A program made the translations under genes and the position numbers. Positions 36,501 through 47,784 of a stretch of DNA of 64,000 nt are shown here, one piece after another; within the stretch, counting starts at the first letter, position 1; every line of letters begins with the position of its first letter. The notes beneath the pieces were generated by a model that did not search any database, was not told where the DNA came from, and saw only the letters and a list, made by a program, of their open reading frames with translations. The DNA lies in assembly GCF_964355755.1 (NCBI RefSeq), contig NC_092679.1, forward strand, positions 11,577,432 to 11,641,431, written 5' to 3'. The DNA comes from Antedon mediterranea (taxonomy: Eukaryota > Animalia > Echinodermata).

Positions 36501-37404
36501 CTCCATTGAGATCCAGCCACTGATACCCACAGCATTGTCATTTTGTATCTCCATTGAGATCCAGCCACTGATACCCACAGCATTGTCATTCAGTAATTTT
36601 CCTTTTGGATTTATATATTTTGTATTATATATACATAGTGGAAATGATGTTTCCACCAATAAATGGGAAAAAATATAATAAAATTTATAATTATAACTGT
36701 ATGTTGTTAATATTATTATTATAATGCATTTAAGAACTCCATCCTGTATTCAGTAAAGTAAATTAAATACATTTTTACAAATTGCAGATAATAATGTTTA
36801 TATATGGCATATAAAACGTGAACGGCCATTAGTAGTATTGCAAGGTCATACAAGAACTGTTAACTGTGCATCCTGGAACCCAAAGGTGCCTAGCATGTTG
36901 GTAACAGTTTCAGATGACTTTACTGTTCGTGTATGGGGCCCAGAAAGCAATGAAGGTTGGTTGCTTTTTTTAAAAACTGCAAATGATTTGTAAATTTCTT
37001 TGGGACACATTGTTTTGCCATGTTTCCTTTACATTTAACGAACACAAATAGAGTCGTTTTAATCTTTTAAAATTTGTTTTCCTATAGAAGTGATTAACTT
37101 TATTAAAACTACAAAATAACTCATTCAAAGTGTGATTTAATTGATCTTCATTTTTCATGTTTTTGGGTGACAATACATCTTTAAATGAATGATTTCTACG
37201 AACTTTGATTTTGAGTAGTACTGTATTGATAATAATCACAGAGCTTTGATGGTTAAAATTCTAACTTCCTGTTTTTATTTTTCTCTTCAAATTGGAAAAC
37301 TGATTATTGTGTGATATGGTTCTATAATTGTCGATTACCACAGTATTGAGTTCAATTATGTCATTGTTTTTTTTCCAGATAATGTATGCAGTACAGCAGT
37401 GTGA
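18276..37404 (+). CDS. WDR26: WD repeat-containing protein 26 (CTLH/GID E3 ligase subunit, Gid7 homolog), 12 coding exons, complete
   Basis: Spliced exons give LisH ([21 protein letters not shown]), CTLH ([11 protein letters not shown]; [13 protein letters not shown]), [11 protein letters not shown] and a WD40 propeller ([21 protein letters not shown]). All introns are GT-AG with consistent phases. Confidence 0.96.
18969..20891. mobile_element. Non-autonomous DNA transposon with 16-bp TIRs and 5-bp TSD (hAT5-like?), with an internal ~175-bp tandem array
   Basis: CAGTGTTCTCCCCAGG / CCTGGGGAGAACACTG; TSD GCAGT at 18964-18968 and 20892-20896. AAGCGTCACGG subterminal repeats at 20785-20856. About 6 diverged internal units at ~19110-20030. 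Confidence 0.85.
21320..23322 (+). mobile_element. CR1-clade LINE, 5'-truncated and internally deleted (APE endonuclease plus RT C-terminus)
   Basis: GCVYRSP, VAGDFNY and GKSDH (APE motifs); [19 protein letters not shown] and [11 protein letters not shown] (RT and downstream). Stops and frameshifts present. Short TTCAAGGTAA tandem tail at ~23302-23322. Confidence 0.9.
23730..24181 (+). mobile_element. Penelope-like element 3' fragment (GIY-YIG endonuclease plus pseudo-LTR) with 16-bp TSD
   Basis: [17 protein letters not shown]...PVAEHFN...KEKHW. Partial hammerhead core CTGATGA at 24059-24065. Direct repeat TGTGTATGGTAATGAA at 23714-23729 and 24182-24197. Confidence 0.85.
25391..25490 (+). 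CDS. WDR26: WDR26 exon 2
   Basis: TAG| acceptor; [33 protein letters not shown]; |GTAAGT donor. Confidence 0.93.
26177..26802. mobile_element. Kolobok/T2-like MITE (TTAA TSD)
   Basis: TTAA|AGACACCTTCCCTAC ... GTAGGGAAGGTGTCT|TTAA, a perfect 15-bp TIR. Confidence 0.85.
26835..27028 (+). CDS. WDR26: WDR26 exon 3
   Basis: TTCAG| acceptor; AEEDLQEIR...[15 protein letters not shown]...[16 protein letters not shown]; AG|GTTTGT donor. Confidence 0.93.
27533..27800 (-). mobile_element. tRNA-derived SINE remnant
   Basis: B-box-like GGGTTCAAGTC on the - strand at ~27789-27799. The central ACCTACGGTTTATAGTCC / CTACTCGTCTCGAAAG segment resembles Nin-type SINE cores (from memory). A-rich (AAAT)n tail on the - strand at ~27533-27546. 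Confidence 0.5.
28003..28100 (+). CDS. WDR26: WDR26 exon 4
   Basis: TTCAG| acceptor; [32 protein letters not shown]; G|GTAAAC donor. Confidence 0.92.
28140..29349. mobile_element. MITE with GGCC termini and 3-bp TGA TSD (Zator or PIF/Harbinger-like)
   Basis: TGA|GGCCTAAAAAAAAA ... TTTTTTTTTAGGCC|TGA (TSD at 28137-28139 and 29350-29352). Confidence 0.7.
28405..29152. mobile_element. Tc1/mariner-pogo type MITE nested in the previous element
   Basis: TA|CCGTATATTTCGGTGTATAAGTCGCAC ... GTGCGATTATACACCGAAATATACGC|TA, with internal TATAAGACGCACCC repeats. Confidence 0.8.
29561..29717 (+). CDS. WDR26: WDR26 exon 5
   Basis: TATAG| acceptor; [33 protein letters not shown]...LLTDHTCS; AG|GTAAGG donor. 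Confidence 0.93.
29904..30042 (+). CDS. WDR26: WDR26 exon 6
   Basis: [46 protein letters not shown]; |GTAAAT donor. Confidence 0.93.
30300..30552. repeat. Near-perfect ~122-bp inverted repeat with 8-nt spacer in WDR26 intron 6
   Basis: 30300-30421 is the reverse complement of 30430-30552 with about 2 substitutions and 1 indel. Confidence 0.95.
30818..30958 (+). CDS. WDR26: WDR26 exon 7
   Basis: TTTCAG| acceptor; [18 protein letters not shown]...[16 protein letters not shown]; |GTATGG donor. Confidence 0.93.
31702..31821 (+). CDS. WDR26: WDR26 exon 8
   Basis: TTTTAG| acceptor; [40 protein letters not shown]; |GTAAGT (first of three tandem donors). Confidence 0.92.
31799..31885 (+). repeat. 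29-bp x3 tandem repeat spanning the exon 8 donor
   Basis: TCAAGGGTCAATTTTATAGATGTGTAAGT occurs three times exactly. Confidence 0.97.
32187..32332 (+). CDS. WDR26: WDR26 exon 9
   Basis: TTCAG| acceptor; [18 protein letters not shown]...[22 protein letters not shown]; GT|GTAAGT donor. Confidence 0.92.
32368..32602. repeat. 48-bp x ~5 tandem repeat in intron 9
   Basis: Unit CCAGGGTGTGCCTATGCTGTGTGGAGCTATGCCACAGAATTCAAAGGA. Confidence 0.95.
32810..32989. mobile_element. Small PIF/Harbinger-like MITE
   Basis: TTA|AGGCTCTTTCACACCT ... AGGTGTGAAAGACCCT|TTA. Confidence 0.7.
33180..33388 (+). CDS. WDR26: WDR26 exon 10
   Basis: TTTCAG| acceptor; [14 protein letters not shown]...[13 protein letters not shown]...FIASGSE; G|GTATGT donor. 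Confidence 0.93.
34243..36590. repeat. Highly homogeneous 48-bp minisatellite, ~49 copies, in WDR26 intron 10
   Basis: Unit ATCTCCATTGAGATCCAGCCACTGATACCCACAGCATTGTCATTTTGT, with only rare single-base variants. Confidence 0.99.
36788..36955 (+). CDS. WDR26: WDR26 exon 11
   Basis: TTGCAG| acceptor; [55 protein letters not shown]; G|GTTGGT donor. Confidence 0.92.
37379..37404 (+). CDS. WDR26: WDR26 terminal coding exon 12 (DNVCSTAV-stop)
   Basis: Strong polypyrimidine acceptor TTTTTTTTCCAG|, phase-compatible with exon 11; TGA at 37402-37404. Confidence 0.7.
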
Positions 37405-39223
37405 TGCTGGCTCAAATGTTCTATTTGAATGTACAAAATAGGTAAACAGGGATTTTAAGTTTTAACTTTAGCATGCCGACTAATATGAACTGTACAAAGC
37501 AACTAAACAATATTAAAATGTTACAATTTGAGGGATTGATCCATTTTGTTTCTTAAAGTAATTGTTTGATTGCATAGATTGCATATTGCCTTGTTCGGCA
37601 TTTCTATGGTTACAATTTTAAAACTGTTAGACAGCAGATTCAGCAGAATGTGTACCAGCAAAGACATTTGTGTCTGTCTTTATTTTTATGGGATTCAGTT
37701 ATGACAACGATTATGGGGTGTGATCATATTTGAAAAATGATTATTTGACACTAGATTCTACAACCTTGTATATACAGATTCTCTTCTGGCCTAGGCCTGG
37801 AAAAGTATATGAGTTGACTGTGCAGCATAGCATAAATTACAGCATGAGATCATATTTAAGCATGGAATTTTAGTTTGCCAAATAGATACCAGACTTGTGA
37901 ACTTATTGCCTACCATCAGCACTGAACTGTGTCTAGACAAATGTTCTCATATCTAGCCAAATTCTGTGCAACACATCGTGTATGATCAGTGCAACATAGG
38001 ACTCATCCTAAGGTACATAGTGTCACATGTAACATTGTTCCTATGATACAGTAGTGGCATACTTGAATCTCTCCAAAGAAAAGCATGCAATGATGTTTAT
38101 GAATGTGAAACTACCGTTTGACTGTAATCCAATTGTTGAATTAATGTACAGTATTGTATAATAACTGCCTTATAATAGTGAAAACTCTACTTTCTTTGAA
38201 GATAATAAACATTATTATTTATATAGCACTTTTAAAAGGTATGTTAAACATGTATTGCAATTAGTATGATATCTTATACATTTCGATTGTGGATTTTAGG
38301 TTGGTAAAGACTATGTACTGTTTAAATGTGTCATTTAGATTTGTATAAGCAAATAACAACTATGTACAGAGGTTTTTCATGTACAATACAATCCATCAAC
38401 AAATGTATTTAAATTCTTCACGAGTGCATATGATATTTTTACATACATACAAAATTGGAATAAGAGCAAAGATGCATCAAAACAGTGAGTGTGTTAATGT
38501 ATTATTTTCTTGGGTTTTATAATTATCCTCCTATATTTCAAATAATTATTCTGTGATATTGTGTTAAGCCTGATTTTCACTAAAATGTTTTATACAACAC
38601 GGAAATTTCTTTCTTTATACAAATGGAAGCCACAATGAGAGTGTATTAGGTTGTGATTCTGATTAGTATCTCAGTATTTTAGGGGTTTTATTAGAAAATG
38701 AATAACTAATGAAGTTTAGAAATTCAGACTTTTGCTGTTGTTTAGTAGTTTTACTTAAAGTTAAATGACATACAGTGACCGTTTATGTTGGTAGATTTTT
38801 TAAAAATTATTTTGGATAAAACTACTGTGTACTGTATGTAAGTTTATATTATTCAATAATTTGTTAATGAAAGTAAACTAGAGATAGTTTATTACATAAT
38901 GTATTGGGGCCAAAATCCTGAGTCCACTAAACCCACACAATAACATTGTGAATATTATCTGTTTATTCTTATTTGACATTGTCAAAGTAGTATATTATTT
39001 GTTTCGACAATGATCACCTGTTATAAATTCCAAAATCCAGCATGCAACATGTATAGTTGTAAGTCAATGCAATTCACCCTCAAATACCACCTGGTAGCAA
39101 AATTAGGATGTACTAATGTAACTCCCACAAAATATCTGAATTTTGTTAGAACGTGTAAATGCTATTACTTTCGGCTGGTTAAACTTTTTCTAATATGGTG
39201 ACTGGTGATTGGTTCTTATGTTG

Positions 39224-39377
39224 TTTGTGCATTGTACACAGTGTGCACAACATGATGGTGGGCTGATGTAAGAAGGTGTACACAGTGTGCACAACATGAT
39301 GGTGGGCTGATGTAAGAAGGTTTGTGCATTGTACACAGTGTGCACAACATGATGGTGGGCTGATGTAAGAAGGTTTG
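39224..39377. repeat. Three-copy ~45-55-bp tandem repeat in the presumed WDR26 3' UTR
   Basis: TGTACACAGTGTGCACAACATGATGGTGGGCTGATGTAAGAAGG occurs three times. Confidence 0.9.
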
Positions 39378-39922
39378 CAAATGGTGCATTATACATCACA
39401 GTAGATTGTTAGCTAGGAGTAGAGAACCAACAGGTTTGCATATGGTGCATTTATTCACAATAATCTGGGAGTTCAAACAAAGTGAAATGTATGTTGGTGT
39501 TGTAGCTGATCTATATACGCGACTTAACTGTTTTTATATACAAAACCAGTTTTATGGAATAATGGAACAGCTCATGAAGATACAAATAAATGAACTTTAC
39601 TCATTAATGGGTGATATATTTTGTACATAAGTAATTACAAGCTATAATAATCAGTAATAATAAATTAACTTTTGTAATTTCTTATTTACAATTTGTTTTG
39701 GCTAGAGATAAGCTTTTTGATATCTAACCAGATTAATAAAGTTTATATTGTAAATGCATAGTTTTAGATAAACTAGTTGCAGTGGCTGTATTTTGCTTTA
39801 ATATTTATTTATCGTCTATTTACTGTAATAGTAAACTTGTATTTTGTGTAAATGTTTTTTTTTGTTTTCATTGTCAATAAAGGTAATAAATTACTGATGA
39901 TTTAAACTTGTGCACAAGGTGA

Positions 39923-39958
39923 AATAAAGAGATTCGAATTCATCTTTTGGTTGTTTTT
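39923..39958 (+). terminator. Candidate WDR26 polyadenylation signal
   Basis: AATAAA at 39923-39928 followed by the U/GU-rich tract TTTTGGTTGTTTTT. Other AATAAA hexamers lie just upstream (~39735, ~39876). Confidence 0.4.
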
Positions 39959-42057
39959 ACATTTATTTATGCAGTGAACACCGGTCAAATGTTTTTAACA
40001 TCCATCTCACAATTAAATGGTTGGTCAATATTAAAGGTCCTATGACAACACTCGCATCGCATCGCACACGTGTTTCTAAATAGGAGTTTACTACCAACAA
40101 TAGTACTGTGATGGCGCTAGTTACTCTTTGTTATGCATGATTAATTTAAGACAAAAAAAAAACCTGAATGAATTTTACTATTGTCGTTACTTGCAGAATT
40201 CTGAACGGCAACATTTGAGAACCCCGATTTTGAATGTCGGTAGTTATTCGAATGAATAGAATGGCTGTTTAGCGTGTAATGGTGTAAATAGGTATTTGTA
40301 TACCAATGTAGCCTTGGTAACCGTTAAAGATGGTTCCCAAAAAACATGAAAAATGACTAATAAAATCAGGTCATTTTAAGTTGTACTAAAGTTTATTTAC
40401 TTAAAAAAATAATGATTTCACTTATGAAAATTAAGACCAAATGATTGTAATATTAAACTAATTTTACGAAAATGAGTAAAATCATTATTTTACATAGAAA
40501 AGCTCTAAATGTAACGCAAATTTAAAATTTCTTTTTGACATCCACTGCCATATAGTTAGAGCAGGTTTTAAAAGTTGTTTGAAAAAAATGTAAACATATG
40601 TAACAAAAATATATGTTATCCATTAAAGCAGGACTATTTTAAGAGGGTTGCCTAAAGACTCCAGGGCTGTCCAGGACAATCGGAGTATTTGAGCAAGTAA
40701 ACACCGCATGGCCGCAAATGGTACTCTCGCCTGTAAAATTCATGATAAATTGCACCTCTAGTTCGCCGGAAATGTCACTCACTCTATGGTGCCCTAGCAA
40801 ACAGAGGATTGTAGCCTATATTATTCCACCGGTAATAAACATACGCGACTAACAATATAGGATATAGGATTTGTTTTCGTTCAATGCGAATGTCACAGGG
40901 AAGTCCCCGATGAAGGTACTTTTGGTACGGTAATATATTCTAATAACTGTACTCAATTAATGTAAATTGATTATCAATTAATACGTTATAAAAAAAGTTT
41001 TACAAAAAAATATGAAGCTGCTGCTATAAATATATTAAGCAAAACGTTAATTATTATATTATTTTTTAATTAAATGCTAAATAAAGTCAAATGTTAAAAC
41101 CACAATTTCCAAAATTCATTTTTATTTATCCACTATAAACTTCCACTTCAAAAATGTTGTTTAAGCCACACTACAAAATAAAACAAAGAAAATAATGATA
41201 GGACAAATACAGAAAGAAGCAAACTTTGCTCTGCTACCGGTATAACACAGTTCAAACTTCGGAACGTCCATTAATTACTACGGAAATTTGGCCTAATATT
41301 TACGGACGTAGATAAATAAGAAGATTAAACGAGAACTTACCTGTTCAAAGTTTGATCTTTATTTTATGAGGTAGATCGGAAATACAAAAATAGGCCTATA
41401 CGCAAAATTATGATTTGGCCTAAAAATTGGCCTTAGATTATGGAAAAACCCCGGAAAAACGCAATAATTATGGACAAATCGATTATTAGTCTTGGCAATA
41501 TGCCTAATATTTAAAAGGAATGAATATAGGCTATATTGCGTTTGTCGATTAATTTTTTTTTTGACGCAAAGTTCATGTGTGAATGCTTGATCCATTAGAA
41601 GTAATCTGTGATGGTTCTAGTAAAACTGCTATGCGTGGATAATTTGTGAATCGCAGTAGGCTACATATACGTTCATTGAGAAAAACGATAAATTGTATTA
41701 TTTTGAATTAAATGCTAAATAAGTCAGGAATTAATTAAAACAACAATTTTCAAAATTTATTTTCATTTATCCACTATAAACTGTACAATAAAAATAATAA
41801 ATATAAAACAAAGAAATTAATTATAGGAAATTTAATTGCAGAAAGAACGGAAAAACAAAACTATACGCAAAATTATGATTTGGCCTTAAATTATGGAAAA
41901 TACGCAATAATTGAACATAATTGAATAAATGAACAAATCGACGACCCATATGACGGGTTTTTCCCGAACACAGTGTGTGTTGGCCTCCTTTCGTACCTCT
42001 CATTAGGAGAGAAATACATCTCCCTGCTCTCATGACGCGCGCAACACAAGCAACTAG

Positions 42058-45000
42058 AAGTAATCGGCGTAACTGCTTAATTCTTTATGGGGTACCTGAA
42101 ACCAATAATGAAAATACTGATAATGAAGCGTGTAGTGTATTTAAAGACAACCTCAATGTATCAGTTGACTCTTCCGACATAGACAGGTCTCATAGATTGG
42201 GGCCTAAAAGAGAACCGGACCCCAAGAAGAAGAAAAATAGTAGGCCTATTATAATTAAATTCTCCAATTACAATAAGCGAAACGAGGTTTTTAAGGCCAA
42301 AAAAGGTTTTAAAAACTCGCCATACTTTGTACATGAGAATTTAACCATGAAACGCTCGCAGCTGTTGCGTGAGGTGAAAACCAAATATGCAGACGCTATC
42401 AAGTCCACCTGGATACTAGATGGAAAAATACACATACTTACGCACACTATGAAAAGAATCGTCGTCTGTACGCGCTCGGATGTATCTCGGCATGCTCAAG
42501 ACCTGATGAAGTGAAGCGGCTATTTTGTTCCATTTCAGGCCCAGCTAGAAAACTAATTTACTGAAAACCGGAATCTGAGTTTTTTCGCTTAATTTATTCT
42601 TGATTTGATCTGAGACAAACTTGATTCATCAGATACTGTACTTTTTTAATTTTGGATATATAGAAGACTTGATTATGTTTCATTTATGTTTTAAATGCCC
42701 TTATGTTCTAAGCATTTCGTTTATATGTCTTGTTCTATGTTTTTTGTATGTATGTCTTGTCACTAGTAGTTTGGTTTATACAAATAAGCACAAATATATA
42801 ATTTATACATTTACATATATTGAATCCCATGAATTGTTTTATCTGCTGTATGAACGTTAATTCTGATTTAGAAAATGTATTAATTGCAATTCACACAATC
42901 TACGTTGTAATGATGACAGCTGGCTGTGTATTGACTGCACAACCATTTTGTTTCCATTTAATATGATTTTAGATGACAATGCATTTAAACATGAAATAAA
43001 ACACTTCTTTGACCACAATATTAATCTAAACAGTTTGCAGCCTTTAACCTTTGATCCTTTTTGTATTTCATTAAACAATATACTTAATGATGACTCTTTA
43101 CTTTTAGATAACAATGATCCGTGTAATAACCTTATTGATGCTTTTAATTCAAAAATCACAAATAATGTCTTCCTCATTTAGCATTTTTAATATGAATTCT
43201 CGCAGCCTTGTTAATCATTTTAATGATACAACTGTCTTTATTAGTACCTTAAAACATAATTTTTCTACAATCTGTTTCACTGAAACCTTTTTTAATAATA
43301 ACAAAACTTGTTTTTCTTTTTACAATATTCCAGGTTATACTTTATTGCATTCTTTTGGAACAAACAGAGCAGGGGGTGGCGTTGCCATATACTTAGACCA
43401 AAGATTTCAATATTCTGTTCGCAGTGATCTTTCTTCTATTATTTCTGAATCTGCCGAATCAATTTTTATCGAAGTTAAGACCGAGGCGAGGAATATTATT
43501 TTAGGTGTAGTTTATCGCTTACCCGAGTCATCATTAGTTACCTTCAATTCAAACGTATCCATTCTTTTAGACATTATTAATAATGAAAATAAAATCTCAT
43601 ATATTACTGGGGATTTTAACATTGATCTTTTAAAATCAAACACTCATAAACAATCATCCGAATTTTTGAGCAATATGTTTAAATTTGATTTTTACCCCCT
43701 CATTGACAGACCTACGCGAATAACCACTGCAACAGCCACACTTATTGACAACATATTTTGTAACAATGTTTATGACAAAATATCTCCAGGAATTTTTTAC
43801 TCTGACATCTCTGATCATTTTCCAGTGTATTCTATTACTTATTTTGAAGCTGTACTTGCTTCTCTTAATGATAATAACAAATACGTTTGCTTCAGGAAAA
43901 TAAATGATCAAGCTATTTCTTCTCTTGCAAATGACCTTCAGGAATCCGTTTGGTCCGATGTTTACAAAATGAAAAGTCCAAATTAATGATGCCTATAATT
44001 TATTTTAAAAATTTTTTTCCAAACTATATGATACTCATATAAAAATAGTCAGGTGTAAACGAAACATCCGGAAGGAAAAGAAACCTTGGATTACAACTGA
44101 CATTATCAAATCTATTGATAAAAGAAACAGACTTAAATATATTAAAACCAAAAAAGAGTCGGACAGAAACAAATACACACAATATAGAAACAAGTTGACT
44201 CATTTAATCAAAATTAACCGTAAAAAACATTATAATGACAAATTCAATTCCTTTAAAGGCAATATTCAAAAGACCTGGCAAACCATCAATACAGTCTTAG
44301 GACGCAATACTAAAAACAAACTACCTTCCCATTTTATACACAACGGATCCATAATCACTGACCCACTCACCATTGCGAATTATTTTAATGACTATTTTGT
44401 AAACATCGGGCCAAACATTTCTAAGACAATAAAAACACCTACTAACCAGCATTTCACTTCCTTCCTCAACGCACCTATCAAAGATTCTTTTTTTTTTTTG
44501 CACCCACGTCAGAAGAAGAAATCTAAAATATTATCAACAATTTAAAAATTAACAAAAGTTCAGGCTATGATGATATAGCCTATCTAATAAGGTTATTAAA
44601 GCTATTTCCAAATTTATTTCTAAACCATTATCTTATATTTTCAACTTGTGCTTTTCTGAATGAATTTTCCCTGACTTACTTAAAATTCCCAAGGTGGTTT
44701 CTATCTTTAAAAAAGATGATTTTCATTCATTTAGTAACTACAGACCCTTTACTACCTTGTTTTTCAAAAATCCTTGAACTGCAGCTAACCTATGATAGAT
44801 TATTTAATTTTCTCACTAAACACAGCATTCTTCACGATCGTTAATATGGGTTTCGAAAGGGATACTCAACTGATCTTGCAATTTTTGATATTTACGACCA
44901 AGTTACTAAAGCTATTTACAAAAATGATTTTACTATCGGTATTTTTCTTGATCTTAGCAAGGCCTTTGATACAATTGATCATGACATTCTCTTGAGAAAA

Positions 45001-46206
45001 CTCGAATTCTATGGTATCAGAGGCCTTGCTCTTAATTTTTTTAGGAACTACCTTGGCAACCGAAAACAATGTGTCTCAGTTAAATCCTACTCTTCTTCTC
45101 ATTCTAAAATTACATGTGGTGTTCCACAAGGATCTATACTTGGACCTTTACTATTTTTAATTTATGTTAATGACTTACCTAAAATTCCTCTTCCCTCTTA
45201 AATTTTGTTCTTTTGCTGATGACACTAACATTTTTTTTTCACACAAAAATATTACTGAACTTGTACAAACTACAAATAATGAATTAGTTAAGATTTCCAA
45301 TTGGCTCAATTTAAATAAATTATCTTTGAATATCAATAAAACTAATTATATTCTTTTTAATTATAAAATAAAAAATATAGACTCTGTTGTTATTAAAATT
45401 AATGATAGTGTAATCAAACGAGTTATTGAAACAAAATTTCTCGGTGTTATCCTATACTCAAAGTTATCCTGGCAGCCCCATCGTAACAATATTTCAAATA
45501 TAATTTCTAGAAACATCGGAATAATGAATAAACTGAAGCACTATCTCCCACAGCACATTCTTTTATATAACACCTTAGTTTTACCCTATATTAATTATTG
45601 TAACATATCTTGGGCTAACACAATTGATAAATTTCTTTACTTGTCCCTGGACGAGTCCTGAAGCAACCAATATTGACAACATCTTTAAACTACAAAAACG
45701 TGCTATCAGGATTTGTGCAGGGTCAACCAGAATTATATAGCTCACACCAAACACTTATTTAATAAATTTAATATACTTAATGTATTTGATTTACACAAAT
45801 TACAAACTTATATTTTTATGTATCGTCTAAAAAATCACTCTTTACCAAATCATATTATTTCTTTATTTCCAAAACAACAACCTGATATTCACAATTACAA
45901 TACGAGATTTGCTAAAACAAATATTTTATCTGAAAAGCATGCATTTCATTTAAGAAGAAAATCAATTTTTTACAATGGTCCAAAACTATGGAATTTATTA
46001 AGTTTTTCATTAAAATCTCTTCTAATCTACCTTTGTTCAAATCTAATCTTTGGTCGCAGCATATGGCAGCTAAATCTCCTGTTCTTGTTCTTCTTGTTTC
46101 CTTTCTTCTTCGCTTAATTGAATTTAATTACCTTATCATTGTTCAGCTGGTAATTGTACTATTGTCTTAGCAATTTAAGCTTCTGTATTTTTATTGTAAG
46201 CCGGAC
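42058..46206 (+). mobile_element. CR1/L2-group LINE (ORF1 C-terminal part, PHD-like remnant, APE endonuclease, RT), degenerate
   Basis: ORF1 RRNCLILYGVPE..DIDRSHRLG..RPIIIKF..HENLT; WLCIDC..FPFN; MNSRSL, CFTET, TGDFNIDL, ISDHFP; LDLSKAFDTIDH, GVPQGSILGPLLFLIYVND, FADDT. Many frameshifts. Confidence 0.92.
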
Positions 46207-47784
46207 GCGATTTTTTTTTTCGTACATAAGTTGGGGACCCCTCATGAAACGTCACAAAATAAACATGAATAATTCATCAGTTAAATTTTTTATTCCGTGT
46301 GTACCCAAGCGTATAGCAAAAAGTGATTAAAACTGCGATACGATTTTTTCTAGGCCTAGGATTCTAGGTCAATTCATGTGATTGCCTTCGCGCACTCTTC
46401 TTCACACACCAACCTATGCAAAATGTGTCGAGGCTAATCGACAGCTAGGCAAGACCTTCAACTAAGTAGTAATTAGACATAGCCCATAGAAAGCTTAGAC
46501 CCACAAGAAGAATGTGTATAATTTGTGTACTGTAATTGTTTAATTCTGCTATTTTATTCTCAAACAATATGCATGTACTCAAAGGAACTTTAAAAATGCG
46601 CGTATATCAGGGGTGGCGCCAGGATCTTTCCGACGCGGGGGGGTTAATTTCCCGACAGGGGGCTATGCGAGTGAAGCGAGCATCACTTGGCTGGGGGACA
46701 GGGGGCCGCCAAGGGCCCCTGGTGGGGGTCCAGGTGGGGAATCCCCCGGAAGCAACGCGTTATACCGTAATTTGAGGCCGTTTTAATCAGATTTAGGGTA
46801 GCCAATTTATTCAATTTTGTATGGTACATAAATAAAATACTGTGTGAAAAACACATTGCAAGAGGTCCGGTACGATGACTGTGTAAATCCATTCTTTCAA
46901 ATTTAAAAATGAAGTTTTTAAAGTTCAATATGCCTATCATAGAAAATATACGCGAACGTAAAACCTACCCACGGGCCAAGAGGTATATCGTTATAATCGC
47001 AGAGACGTAGGCAGGTTGCTGTCTGGGGGTGCGAAAATTGTAAATGCGCGAGATATCCATGGTCTGATCTGTAAGAAAATTTTGGAAAATATAGCTGCTT
47101 GGTCCCCGGAAATTGCAATTATACATTGATATATAAAACGAAATTACAAGTCTATCAGAGAACAAGCCCATCGTGGTTGAGATGGAGCCGAAGGACATTT
47201 AAGCAACTAGAGTTGTTAGGTCCCCGGATATTGGATTATAGTATTTCGAAAAAAGAAACAAAATATATAAGGCTCCAGGACCATTAGGGTTGAGCTGCTA
47301 AGAAAATTGTGAAAAATAGACCTGGGTACGTACCTGGAAATTGCACTTATATAGGCCCATCATATTGATAAATGAAACGAAATTATAAGTCTACAGAACC
47401 AGAGCTAAGAAAATTGTCAAAAATAGAGCTGGTAGGTCCCTGTAAAACATTGAAATATGAAACGAAATTATAGGTCCAGCCCACCATGGTTGGGGTGGAG
47501 CTAAGAACATTCTGAAAAATAGAGTTGCTAGATCCCGGAAATTTAACTTATCTATACTTCGAAGCATAAAACAAGATATATACCGGTACATCTCCAGAAC
47601 CAGCCCTACCATGGATATAAAAAAAAATTGAAAAAGTTCAATGCACTGACTGTATATTGTACATCGAAATATGAAACAAAAATGTACGGTAAGTATACAT
47701 GACCAGCTCTATAATTGGGGACGGTTGAGCTAAGACAATTTTGAAAACTAGAGATGCAGGTCTTAAAAAATTACACCTATACTT

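Noticed and set aside
34134-36678. 841-aa and 816-aa ORFs on opposite strands (plus shorter MTMLWVSV... ORFs)
   Set aside because: They arise because the 48-bp unit is a multiple of 3 and lacks stops in those frames. The array is inside WDR26 intron 10 and matches a Penelope non-coding end, so there is no evidence for a protein.
41975-42514. 179-aa ORF as a host gene
   Set aside because: It is the C-terminal part of LINE ORF1, directly upstream of the EN/RT remnants; its apparent N-terminus is flanking DNA.
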